NCBI GenBank assembly: GCA_963663275.1
Contig: OY760183.1
Location: 3,424,001 to 3,488,000, forward strand
Length of the DNA stretch: 64,000 bases
Origin: Chloroflexota bacterium
GTDB lineage: Bacteria; Chloroflexota; UBA11872; VXOZ01
Direction: 5' to 3'
A model generated the notes under the pieces. It was not told the origin of the DNA and did not search any database. It saw only the letters and a program-made list of their open reading frames with translations. The position numbers and the translations under genes are program-made. Below, one piece after another: positions 50,898 to 60,105 of the stretch (within the stretch, counting starts at the first letter, position 1; every line of letters begins with the position of its first letter).

Positions 50898-53611
50898 CTG
50901 ATCCCCTCACAAACCTTGAGAGCATGGTGGCTGCGGCTCTCGCCAATCAACGAGAGCCGACCGGAGAGGACATCCGTGAACTGATCGCCGGCCTCCGTCG
51001 ATTGCCAATGTTCGAGAGCGTCACCGAGGAAGAGGCCGAGCTGCTCGCGAAGCGATTCGAGGAAAGGGTGAGTGTCACGCAGCACCTCGGTGCCGTTCTG
51101 ACCGAACGCGACCACCAGCCTTGGCTGGCCGCCGCCCGAGCACGGATAGAACCGTATTACTGGGACCGCTACAGGCAGCACCTGATCCGGGAGGGATTTC
51201 CCAACGCCGGAATCACTACGTTGGATGAGGTCACTGACCGTGTTCTGGGGTTGATGCAGGATCCCCTGAGGGATGGGCCATGGGATCGGCGGGGGATGGT
51301 CGTCGGACACGTGCAGTCCGGCAAGACAGCCAACTATATAGGACTCATGTGTAAGGCAGCGGACGCTGGATACAAGCTGATCGTGATTATCGCGGGGATC
51401 CATAACAACCTCCGAAGCCAGACACAACGGCGAGTCGACGAGGGCTTCGTAGGTCGGGACAGCGCACGGTTGCTGAGCAAGCAGGCGGACATGTTTGTGG
51501 GGGTTGGTCGATTCGATCAGACGAGACGTCCGGTCACATTCACAAACACCAGCCGAGATTTCAACAAATCGACGGCGACCGGTGTCGGAATTCCTCTCCA
51601 GAATCTCACCGAACCCGCTGTTTTCGTCATCAAGAAGAATAGCAGCACCCTGAAGAACCTGATCGAATGGCTCAGGGAGCACAGTTCCAGAGGAGGTTCT
51701 CAGAGCATCAACGAGCCGATGTTGTTGGTCGATGATGAAGCCGACAACGCCTCCATCAATATCGCGCATGGGGCCGGAGAGGTTTCAAGAATCAACGGTC
51801 AGATTCGGGAGTTGCTCCACATTTTTGATCGGAGTTGCTATGTCGGGTACACAGCCACTCCTTTCGCTAACATCTTCATCGACCCGGACACGGATGACCA
51901 GATGCGCGGCGAGGACTTGTTCCCCCGGAGCTTCATCGTGAGCTTGGATCCCCCCTCGAACTACTTCGGAGCCACGACCGTCTTTCTCGATGACAGCGAC
52001 CGGTACATCCGCCACATTGAGGACAACGAGGACGTCCTTCCCATCAAACACTCCAAGGAAATCGTCATCACTTCTCTCCCTCCTTCTTTGGCCGATGCCG
52101 TGAGGGCCTTCATCCTTGGTCGAGCCATCCGTCTGGCGAGGGGACATGAAGGACAGCACTGCTCAATGCTGGTGAATGCGTCGCGCTTCATGAACGTCCA
52201 GCGCCAGCTCCGAAACGAAATTCACGCTCTGCTGGACAGCATCCAACGCTCCATCCGAGTGAACGGCGCATTACCACCGGATGCCGCACTCGCAGATGTG
52301 GAGCTCGGCGCACTCTACAAGGTCTGGAGGCGGGAGTTTCACAATACCGAGTTCGATTGGCCCGAAGTGCAAGAGAGACTTCACGCAGCCGCTGCTCCAA
52401 TCAGGGTGGTTGAGGTCAACAGCCAATCTCCAGGCACGCTGGACTACAGCGCCAATCGACAGGATGGACTCAACGTCATTGCAGTCGGTGGATTCTCCTT
52501 GTCCCGTGGGCTGACGCTCGAAGGACTGATGGTCAGCTACTTCATGCGTAACTCGATGATGTACGACACCCTGATGCAGATGGGGCGTTGGTTCGGCTAC
52601 AGGCCCGACTACGAAGACCTCTGCCGTATCTGGATGCCTGAGGCGGCGCAGGGTTGGTACGAGCATGTTGCCGAGTCCATTGAGGAACTGCGGGGTGAGT
52701 TCAGGAGTATGGAGGCGTCCAATGCAACTCCCGAGGAATTCGGCCTCAAGGTCAGGAGCCATCCGGATACACTGATCGTTACCGCACGCAACAAGATGGG
52801 AACCGGAGCCAGAGTTGTAGTGAGCATTGGTCTGGCGTTCAAGTTGATTGAGACGCACAGGCTTCGCAGGGATGACGAAAGCCTAGAGATCAACCGCGAG
52901 GCCGCACGGACGCTCTCCCAATCGCTCGGCGAAGCAGGATTCCCGATCGAAACCGCCGAGAAGGCGGAGTTTGGGTGGCTCCTGCGAGGAACTCCAGTGG
53001 GCCCCATCCTGAACTTCCTGACTCAATTCCGAAACCACGAGGGTTCACTGTTGACCAATGGCGACCCGGTGAGACGGTATATAGAGGAACGCCGAGATGA
53101 CGAGCTTGCAGAGTGGGACGTCCTTTTCGCAAGCGTGTGGACGGAAGCCAATACGGCGGATACTTCGTTAGGCAGAAGGATTTTACGTCAGCGAAGAACC
53201 GAAGGTGATAGGCGCGACGCCAAGACGCTGTTGATCGGCAGTCGACAGAGGGTGGCGACCAGAGGCATTGAGCGAACAGGGCTCACCGGTGAGCAACGGG
53301 CCCTTGCGGAGAAGGCGTATCGGGAGCAACGGGAGAGAGAGGGCAGGCCATCGGCGGTCGGACGGGTACAATACCCGGACTTGGTGTACAGAAAAATGAG
53401 GACGCGCCCCCTCCTCATGATTCATCTGATCGATATCGACACCGATGCCCATGGCGACCTGCTCTCTCAGCCCGTAGTTGCGTGGGGCATCAGTTTCCCC
53501 GCCACCCATAAAGAAGAGTCACGGGTAGCGTACGTGGTCAACACGACATGGCTCCGCGAGAACTTCCAAGAAGACGTGGACGAGGACGAGATGCAGGGAG
53601 ACGATGGCTGA
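50894..53611 (+). CDS. Z1-domain SF2 ATPase/endonuclease (MzaB-like)
   Basis: GHVQSGKT, DDEAD, YVGYTATPFAN, LSRGLTLEGL, DTLMQMGRWFGYR. Confidence 0.92.
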   Translation: MTDPLTNLESMVAAALANQREPTGEDIRELIAGLRRLPMFESVTEEEAELLAKRFEERVSVTQHLGAVLTERDHQPWLAAARARIEPYYWDRYRQHLIREGFPNAGITTLDEVTDRVLGLMQDPLRDGPWDRRGMVVGHVQSGKTANYIGLMCKAADAGYKLIVIIAGIHNNLRSQTQRRVDEGFVGRDSARLLSKQADMFVGVGRFDQTRRPVTFTNTSRDFNKSTATGVGIPLQNLTEPAVFVIKKNSSTLKNLIEWLREHSSRGGSQSINEPMLLVDDEADNASINIAHGAGEVSRINGQIRELLHIFDRSCYVGYTATPFANIFIDPDTDDQMRGEDLFPRSFIVSLDPPSNYFGATTVFLDDSDRYIRHIEDNEDVLPIKHSKEIVITSLPPSLADAVRAFILGRAIRLARGHEGQHCSMLVNASRFMNVQRQLRNEIHALLDSIQRSIRVNGALPPDAALADVELGALYKVWRREFHNTEFDWPEVQERLHAAAAPIRVVEVNSQSPGTLDYSANRQDGLNVIAVGGFSLSRGLTLEGLMVSYFMRNSMMYDTLMQMGRWFGYRPDYEDLCRIWMPEAAQGWYEHVAESIEELRGEFRSMEASNATPEEFGLKVRSHPDTLIVTARNKMGTGARVVVSIGLAFKLIETHRLRRDDESLEINREAARTLSQSLGEAGFPIETAEKAEFGWLLRGTPVGPILNFLTQFRNHEGSLLTNGDPVRRYIEERRDDELAEWDVLFASVWTEANTADTSLGRRILRQRRTEGDRRDAKTLLIGSRQRVATRGIERTGLTGEQRALAEKAYREQREREGRPSAVGRVQYPDLVYRKMRTRPLLMIHLIDIDTDAHGDLLSQPVVAWGISFPATHKEESRVAYVVNTTWLRENFQEDVDEDEMQGDDG

Positions 53612-54611
53612 GAACCCTTGGAGAGAAATCGAGCCTCCCAGCACCGCCAGTTCGGTCAAAGCCCGACGGGTCGATGCAGACCTGCCTTGGAATTTCTTCT
53701 GGGGCAAGGGGATGGACAACGCCGTCTTCCTCACGCTCAGCCACGATTCCGAGTCATCGCCGGTCATGCCTCTCCCCCGTCTGCAGGACATCGAGGTCAC
53801 CCTTTCGCCTACCGATGAGACCGGCACGCGGATCCTGGCTCTGAAACTGCTGGACGCTGCGCAGCAGGACATATTCCTCACCCTTTGCCTGGACATCATT
53901 GCCAGTACCGCGCATGCAGAGTCCGAAACTGAAGCGGTGTCGCTGGCCCTGACGAGGACGTGGCGATGGCGGCATCTTCTCAGGGGTGGAAGGAGTCTCC
54001 TCCTAACCCCGGAGGAACAGAAAGGGTTGATTGGCGAACTCCTCGTTCTGGAGCGCCTTCTGCTTCCCCAGCTGGGAGCCGCCGCCGCTGTAGGGGCTTG
54101 GCACGGGCCTCTGGATGCGCCCAAGGATTTTGAGGTCGGTCGCGTGGCAATCGAAGCAAAGGCGCATCGTGGTGGAGCTACTCCTCTTGTCTCAATCACA
54201 TCGGAGGATCAGTTGGACGAGAGTGGCGTTGACGCTCTCTTCCTCTACGTTGTCGAGCTCAACGAGGTGCCGCAGGAAGCAGATGATGGCATGACGGTCA
54301 CCGATATGGCTGAGCATGTGCGTGAGCGCATCTTCGCACTCGACCCCGGCGCTGCGGGTGCCCTTGAGTCGCTGTTGACTGCAGCAGGGCTCAGGATGGA
54401 GGACGATTACTCGGACTACCACTGGCTGGAGGGAGCCAGCCAGCTTTACCGTGTGGTGGATGGATTCCCCCGCATTGCGAGAGCCGAGTTGAGGTCGGGG
54501 GTCTCGCATGTTCGTTACTCAGTTTCGTTGCCCGAATGTGAGCCCTTCGTCACCACCGAGAGCGACCTGATAGAGATGCTCGCTCACCTAGGAGGACACA
54601 GTGCCGATTGA
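53604..54611 (+). CDS. PD-(D/E)XK nuclease DUF4420 (MzaC-like)
   Basis: QKGLIGEL, W.GP...KDF...IEAK, I.SEDQLD, V.DGFPRI. Confidence 0.88.
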   Translation: MAENPWREIEPPSTASSVKARRVDADLPWNFFWGKGMDNAVFLTLSHDSESSPVMPLPRLQDIEVTLSPTDETGTRILALKLLDAAQQDIFLTLCLDIIASTAHAESETEAVSLALTRTWRWRHLLRGGRSLLLTPEEQKGLIGELLVLERLLLPQLGAAAAVGAWHGPLDAPKDFEVGRVAIEAKAHRGGATPLVSITSEDQLDESGVDALFLYVVELNEVPQEADDGMTVTDMAEHVRERIFALDPGAAGALESLLTAAGLRMEDDYSDYHWLEGASQLYRVVDGFPRIARAELRSGVSHVRYSVSLPECEPFVTTESDLIEMLAHLGGHSAD

Positions 54612-56664
54612 AATCGACGAGTATTGCGAAGAACTGTTTCAGGAGGTCCATACCCGGGCGGACGCCGATGGTTGGTTCGTTGAGGATGTGTTCTTCGATG
54701 TCCTCTCGGAAACACTGATCGACGCTGGAGAGATTGAAACGGCAGACCGTGCCCACTACGTCTCTCCGCGGGGTGTCCGGGTGGACGGGTATGGAGGAGA
54801 CCCCCTTGATTCAGAGGGAGTCCTCAGCCTGATCATCGCCGATTTCAATCAAAGCCAGGAGGCCGCCACATTGACGGCGACCGACATGAACGCAACCTTC
54901 CGACGCCTCCACAACTTTCTGGAGCGATCATTGAACCCCGATTTCAGGAACAGCTTGGAGGAGTCGGATTCTGCATTTGGATTGGCGGACCTTATTGCCA
55001 CTCGTTGGCCGAGTATCTCGAAAGTGCGGCTGTTCCTTATGAGCAACAGGGTGCTCAGTTCCAGGGTGGACGGGCGCGAGGCCGGTGAGTTTCAAGGCAT
55101 ACCCGTGACCTACAGCGTTTGGGACTTGGGACGTATCCATCGGTACGTCATGTCAGGACACGAGCGTGAAGACATCGCGGTTGTGATGGATGAGTTTGGA
55201 GGGCCGCTGGTGGTGTTGCCTGCACACACGGGAACGACAGATCACGAGTCGTACTTGGCGGTCGTCCCCGGGATTGAACTCGCCAGAATCTACGATCGCT
55301 GGGGAGCCCGGCTCCTTGAGCAGAATGTCCGCGTATTCTTACAGGCTCGTGGGAAAGTCAATCGAGGCATCCGGAACACTATCTCCAATGACCCTGAGAT
55401 GTTCTTCGCCTACAACAACGGCATCACGGCGACCGCCGAGAGCATTGAAACTGAGGAATCCCCATCCGGTCTTCTCCTTACCGGCCTGCGCAATTTCCAG
55501 ATTGTCAACGGGGGTCAGACTACCGCGTCCATACACGAGGCATTACGGAACAAGGAGGCGGACCTTAGCCGTGTCTTCGTTCAAATGAAGCTGTCCGTTG
55601 TCGAACCCCAGCGTGCGTTGCAGGTTGTCCCGAGGATATCCGAGTATGCGAATAGCCAGAACCGAGTGAGCGCAGCCGACTTCTTCTCCAACCATCCATT
55701 TCACGTTCGCATGGAAGAGTTCTCACGCAGGCTCCTCGCGCCATCAAGTGACGGGAGCTTTCGCCAGTCGAAGTGGTTCTACGAGCGTGCGCGGGGGCAG
55801 TACCAGGACGCCCGTGGGCACCGTACCGCTGCTGAGAGGGCAAGGTTTGATCTTGAGTACCCCAAGAGGCAGGTCTTCACCAAGACTGACCTCGCCAAGT
55901 TCCTCAATGCGTGGCGACAGAAACCGGACACCGTCAGCAAGGGCGCTCAGAAGAACTTCGCCGACTTTGCACAGTTCATCGGTGAGGAGTGGCGGCGACG
56001 GCCCAACGATTTTAACGAGATGTTCTTCAGAGAAGCAGTGGCCAAGGCGATTGTTTTCAGAGCGGTTGAACACCTCGTGGGAGAGCAGCCTTGGTACCAG
56101 GGAGGCTACCGTGCGAACGTTGTTGCCTACACCATCGCGAAGCTCGCCCATGATGTCACACAAGGGGAAGGATCCATCAACTTCGAGAGAATCTGGCGTG
56201 CACAGGAAGTCTCACCCGGACTTCGGGCCGCATTGGCGGTTGGAGCCGAGGCAGTCCATGAAGTAATCATCAATCCTCCAGAGCGCATGCGGAATGTGAC
56301 TGAGTGGGCAAAACAGCAGGCATGCTGGCACCGTGTGGAAAGTCTGGACGTGGCATGGCCTGCGTCCTTGTCAGCGGAGTTGCTTAGCGCAGGAGACCGA
56401 AGCGATGCCAAGCGCGCCGCAGTCAAGGATCAGCAGATGCTGAATGGCATAGACGCCCAGACAACGGTTGTGGAAGCAGGTCCTGAATTCTGGGGTAGTC
56501 TCAAGGAGTGGGGAGCGTCAAGAGGACTACTCTCGCCTGACGAGATGGGAATGCTCGATGTCGCCGCTTCTCGCGTTCCGTCCGAAAGGCAAAGCGTGAG
56601 AATCATTGAGACGCTCAGGCGGCTCAACGAGGAAGGATTCTCATCGGGAATCGAGTCAAGCTGA
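54601..56664 (+). CDS. AIPR family abortive-infection protein (MzaD-like)
   Basis: LLEQNVR.FL, FFAYNNGIT, QIVNGGQT, ANSQN, WFYERARGQY. Confidence 0.92.
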   Translation: MPIEIDEYCEELFQEVHTRADADGWFVEDVFFDVLSETLIDAGEIETADRAHYVSPRGVRVDGYGGDPLDSEGVLSLIIADFNQSQEAATLTATDMNATFRRLHNFLERSLNPDFRNSLEESDSAFGLADLIATRWPSISKVRLFLMSNRVLSSRVDGREAGEFQGIPVTYSVWDLGRIHRYVMSGHEREDIAVVMDEFGGPLVVLPAHTGTTDHESYLAVVPGIELARIYDRWGARLLEQNVRVFLQARGKVNRGIRNTISNDPEMFFAYNNGITATAESIETEESPSGLLLTGLRNFQIVNGGQTTASIHEALRNKEADLSRVFVQMKLSVVEPQRALQVVPRISEYANSQNRVSAADFFSNHPFHVRMEEFSRRLLAPSSDGSFRQSKWFYERARGQYQDARGHRTAAERARFDLEYPKRQVFTKTDLAKFLNAWRQKPDTVSKGAQKNFADFAQFIGEEWRRRPNDFNEMFFREAVAKAIVFRAVEHLVGEQPWYQGGYRANVVAYTIAKLAHDVTQGEGSINFERIWRAQEVSPGLRAALAVGAEAVHEVIINPPERMRNVTEWAKQQACWHRVESLDVAWPASLSAELLSAGDRSDAKRAAVKDQQMLNGIDAQTTVVEAGPEFWGSLKEWGASRGLLSPDEMGMLDVAASRVPSERQSVRIIETLRRLNEEGFSSGIESS

Positions 56665-56675
56665 TCCCCCAACCA

Positions 56676-56722
56676 CTGACACCCGCCCCTATCGCCGTCG
56701 AGGGGCGGCCGCGTACGCTGGT
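56676..56722 (+). repeat. Conserved ~47-bp element, copy 2
   Basis: CTGACACCCGCCCCTATCGC-CGTCG..-CGCGTACGCTGGT, 11 nt after the AIPR stop. Confidence 0.8.
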
Positions 56723-56757
56723 TGCATGACCGTCGATCGTGCACGACCCATAGAGAG

Positions 56758-56893
56758 CGTCTATAGCTCGGGGTCCAGCTATAGACAGGACCTATGGCTC
56801 CGCGACTATACACACAGCTGCGGTGACGCCTTGACGCCTTACCCCCGGAAGCAGGCCACGGCCTTGTCGATAAAGGCGTCAAAATGACGCCTT
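56758..56893. repeat. Inverted and iterated repeats
   Basis: GTCTATAGCT/AGCTATAGAC IR; TGACGCCT x2 at 56824 and 56832; AAGGCGTCA-AAA-TGACGCCTT at 56873-56893. Confidence 0.65.
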
Positions 56894-56916
56894 GCGCACC
56901 TTGCTCGGAGTGCCCC

Positions 56917-58566
56917 CTAGAGCACGGCCATCATGTGGTGCTGGACGCGGTTGCCGCGCTGGACGCCCATCTTCATCACCTGCCGCGCCGGGCGGTCGTC
57001 CGGGTCCGGGAACATCGCGGCCCATGCGGCGTCGATGGCGGGCAGGTCGGCGTAGTCCTGGATGAGCAGCGTGATGAGGCCGACGTTGTCCATCGTGCCG
57101 CCGCCCGACTCCACGAGCGAGCGGATGTTGCGGATGCCGTGGCGCGCCTGCCCCTCGATGCCCTTCACCGGCTCCAGCTTGTCCGGCCCCGCCGTGTCGA
57201 CGCCGGAGACGCCGCCCGAGCAGAAGAGGTCGCCGATGCGCGCGCCCATCGGGATGGGGTCGTGGTGGCCGTGCCCCTCTATCTCGTGGTTCGTCCGCTC
57301 GCCGCCTATCCTGCCGATGACCTGCATCTGGATCTGCCCGCCCATGGGGTAGCGGTACGTCTTGCGCGCCGCCTGGTACCGGCCGATGGGCCACGCCTCC
57401 AGGTACACGTCCACCATGTACGGCTGGTAGGCGAAGTCGTTCAGGTACACCCACTGCAGCACCACGTCGTCCACCGTGCCGCCCGCGTGCTCCATGAACA
57501 CGCGCATGTTGTCGAAGCACTGGTCGGTCTGCGCGTCCTCGCCGGTGACCGGCAGCGAGGTCGAGAGGTCCCACGGCACGATGACGGACGAGAAGACGTA
57601 GTCGCCCATCCGCACGCCGTTCGGGAGCGGGTCGCGGTGCGTGAGCCCGGGCACCTCGATGCGCTGCCGCTTCTGCCCGGCGACGCCTATCGCGTGCAGC
57701 TCGACGCCCTCGCCGGGCGGCAGCGGGTAGGAGGTCGTCTTGCGCGCGGGCCGGTTGTCCGGGTCCGGGAACAGCTCCAGCCAGCCGGTGTTGATGTGGG
57801 GCCGGAAGTCCTGGCTGTCGATGAAGTTCGTGACGATGCCGATGTCGTCGGTCGAGAGCCCGGCGGACTCCACGAGCGTCCGGAGGTTCCGCCACGCGTT
57901 GAGGAACTGCTCCGCGGGATCGTCCGGCATCACGCCGGTCTCGAGGTCGATGCCGCGGATGCCGGAGGTGAAGAACATCCCGCCGACCTGCACCAGGTCA
58001 GGGGCGATGGCGTCCGGTACGCTGAGGCCGGGCAGGCGCGTCGCCGCGCGCTTGTTCGGCCTGCCGGGCGCGCCCTTGTCGCTCAGCGCGGGGCCGGGCG
58101 CGCTGCGGAACTGCGGACGGAGCGATGCGTCGGCCAGCCGGGCGTCGCCCGCGGGCTTGACCATCGCCTCGGCGCCCGCGAGCGCGAGCCGCTCGTCGCG
58201 GTCCTCGTCGCCGGCGCCGCTCACGCCGATGCCGCCGATGACCTCGCTCGCCCGGTGCAGCGTCAGCCCGCCGTGCAGCGTCGTGACGCCGTCGTTCGAC
58301 CAGTCGGCGACGGTGCGGCCGTCGTGCGCTATCTGCTGGCGGTAGATGAGCGTGTCGCGCCCGATGAAGGCGGCGGTGTACGCCTTGCGCTCGGCGTTCC
58401 GCACGTCGGTCGCGGACGCGCCGTCGCGGCGCACGGAGTAGACGAGCGCGCCGCTCTCGTCCACGACCGCCAGGGCGAACGGGCGCTCGTCGGGCCGCGC
58501 CGCGGCCATCGCCGCTGCTATCGCGCGCTCGGCGTCTTCCAGGCTGATCGTCTCGCGTGCGGGCAT
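56917..58566 (-). CDS. GlcG/HbpS heme-binding domain fused to three RidA domains
   Basis: N-terminal AVVDESG...KAYTA...GGIGVSG; three Rid units each with a (P/A)AR motif. Confidence 0.85.
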   Translation of the reverse strand: MPARETISLEDAERAIAAAMAAARPDERPFALAVVDESGALVYSVRRDGASATDVRNAERKAYTAAFIGRDTLIYRQQIAHDGRTVADWSNDGVTTLHGGLTLHRASEVIGGIGVSGAGDEDRDERLALAGAEAMVKPAGDARLADASLRPQFRSAPGPALSDKGAPGRPNKRAATRLPGLSVPDAIAPDLVQVGGMFFTSGIRGIDLETGVMPDDPAEQFLNAWRNLRTLVESAGLSTDDIGIVTNFIDSQDFRPHINTGWLELFPDPDNRPARKTTSYPLPPGEGVELHAIGVAGQKRQRIEVPGLTHRDPLPNGVRMGDYVFSSVIVPWDLSTSLPVTGEDAQTDQCFDNMRVFMEHAGGTVDDVVLQWVYLNDFAYQPYMVDVYLEAWPIGRYQAARKTYRYPMGGQIQMQVIGRIGGERTNHEIEGHGHHDPIPMGARIGDLFCSGGVSGVDTAGPDKLEPVKGIEGQARHGIRNIRSLVESGGGTMDNVGLITLLIQDYADLPAIDAAWAAMFPDPDDRPARQVMKMGVQRGNRVQHHMMAVL

Positions 58567-58569
58567 GTC

Positions 58570-58857
58570 TCAGACTCCTTCCACCGCGATCACGGAGGCC
58601 GTCGCGGCCTCCCAGCGGATCCCCACGATGCCCTGGTACGCGCCGGAGTTGTACCAGGCCTGCAGCGTCTCCATGTCCGGGAACTCCAGCACGACGACGC
58701 GCTTCGGCTGCCACCCGCCCTCGAGCACCTCGCTCGCGCCGCCGCGGACGACGAACCGCCCGCCGAACGGCTCCAGCGTCGCGGGCACCTGCGCGCCGTA
58801 CCCCGCGTACGAGTCGGGGTCGTGCACGTCGACGTCGGCTATCAGGTACGCGGGCAT
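58570..58857 (-). CDS. DUF1330 family protein
   Basis: MPAYLIA...GGRFVVRGG...EG.W...VVLEFP...WYNS..YQ. Confidence 0.9.
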   Translation of the reverse strand: MPAYLIADVDVHDPDSYAGYGAQVPATLEPFGGRFVVRGGASEVLEGGWQPKRVVVLEFPDMETLQAWYNSGAYQGIVGIRWEAATASVIAVEGV

Positions 58858-59276
58858 CACTTCACCCCCATCGCTTCGAGGCCGATGCGCGCCAGCGCCT
58901 CGTCCCGTATCGTCGAGTTGCCGCTCATCGCTATCCCGCCGACGACCTGCCCGCCGGAGACGATGGCGAGCCCGCCCTGGAGCGTCGTCAGCTTCGGGTC
59001 GCCCCAGTCGTCGAGCGTCCGCCGGTTCGCCTTCACGACGTGGTCGCGGAAGTCGACGGTGTTCATGCCGATGCGCGCGGCGGTGTACGCCTTCGCCCGG
59101 GCGCGCCCCAGCATCCGCGCCGGCGCGCCGTCGACGCGGGCGCAGAGCACCTCCGCGCCGTGGGCGTCCGTGATGCAGAGCGCGCCGGGATTGTCCGTGC
59201 CGTCGGCGAACTCGGCGAATATCGCCTCCTTCGCCTTCAGGGCCTCCTCGAGGCCGATGCTCTTCGTCTCGAACAT
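58857..59276 (-). CDS. GlcG/HbpS family heme-binding protein
   Basis: DAHG...RVDGA...AKAYTAA...LQGGL...GGIAMSG. Confidence 0.85.
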   Translation of the reverse strand: MFETKSIGLEEALKAKEAIFAEFADGTDNPGALCITDAHGAEVLCARVDGAPARMLGRARAKAYTAARIGMNTVDFRDHVVKANRRTLDDWGDPKLTTLQGGLAIVSGGQVVGGIAMSGNSTIRDEALARIGLEAMGVK

Positions 59277-59279
59277 GGC

Positions 59280-60050
59280 TTACATCTCCCGCAGCAGCCG
59301 GCCGAAGCCGGGTATCTTGTCGTCCACTCCGGCGAGGCGCAGCGACTGCCACGCCATCGCCTGCATGCTGCTCACGACCGGCACGCCGAACTCCTGCTCC
59401 AGCGTCTCGACGACGGCGACGCTCGGCATGAGCGCGCCCGTGATCCAGACGCCGTCGGCGTTGGGCGTCGCGCGGAACAGGTCCGCCGCCATCCGCCGCA
59501 CGATGCCGAGGTCCATCGTGGAGACCTCGTACGCGCGCAGCTCGCCGCCCGCCACCTCGCCGACCACCGAGCCCGCGTTCGCGACCTCGATGTCCGCGTT
59601 CGAGACGTACTCCGCGAGCTGCGCGTGCGTCTTGTCGTCGAACGGCGTCAGCATCGCCACTCGGCGCATGCCGAGCGCGTTCATCGCCTTGATGCACGAG
59701 CCGAGGTCGGTCGCCGCGGGCGTGTCGGTGACGCTGCCGATGCGGGCCAGGATCTCGTCCTCGAACTTCCAGCCGCGCCCGGCGATGATGGGCACGCCCG
59801 CCTGCATGATCGACTGCGGGCGGCGGGTCATGATCTCCTCGGTCGCCGCCGGCAGGCGCTCGATGCCCGCCGCGTACGACCGCTCGCCCTCCGAGAGGAC
59901 GACGCCGAGCGAGGTCATGACGATGGTCACGCCCTCCGGCGCGATGAGGTAGAACTCGTACGAGTTGTTCTCGTGCGCGGGCGACGGGGTGATGAACCCG
60001 CACCGTGCGCGCCAGCCGTAGGGGCGGTCTGCGGTCGCGTTCAGCGCCAT
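59280..60050 (-). CDS. Arylmalonate decarboxylase/maleate isomerase (Asp/Glu racemase-like) family protein
   Basis: GWRAR.G.I.PS, RVAMLTP, ADGVWI, LE.EFGVPVVSS.QA..W. Confidence 0.8.
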   Translation of the reverse strand: MALNATADRPYGWRARCGFITPSPAHENNSYEFYLIAPEGVTIVMTSLGVVLSEGERSYAAGIERLPAATEEIMTRRPQSIMQAGVPIIAGRGWKFEDEILARIGSVTDTPAATDLGSCIKAMNALGMRRVAMLTPFDDKTHAQLAEYVSNADIEVANAGSVVGEVAGGELRAYEVSTMDLGIVRRMAADLFRATPNADGVWITGALMPSVAVVETLEQEFGVPVVSSMQAMAWQSLRLAGVDDKIPGFGRLLREM

Positions 60051-60105
60051 GCGTCCTTCTCCTCTACCGGGGTGGGCGCAGTCTACCCCCGCGTGGGGTG
60101 CAGGG

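Noticed and set aside
56726-56887. 53-aa ORF after the 47-bp element as a real gene
   Set aside because: No similarity to the ORFs following the other two copies, and the region is dominated by inverted repeats.
56884-59952. 1022-aa plus-strand ORF and other long shadow ORFs (e.g. 10333-12459, 41436-42944, 61066-63159)
   Set aside because: Antisense or alternative frames of well-supported genes in high-GC DNA, with no recognisable motifs.
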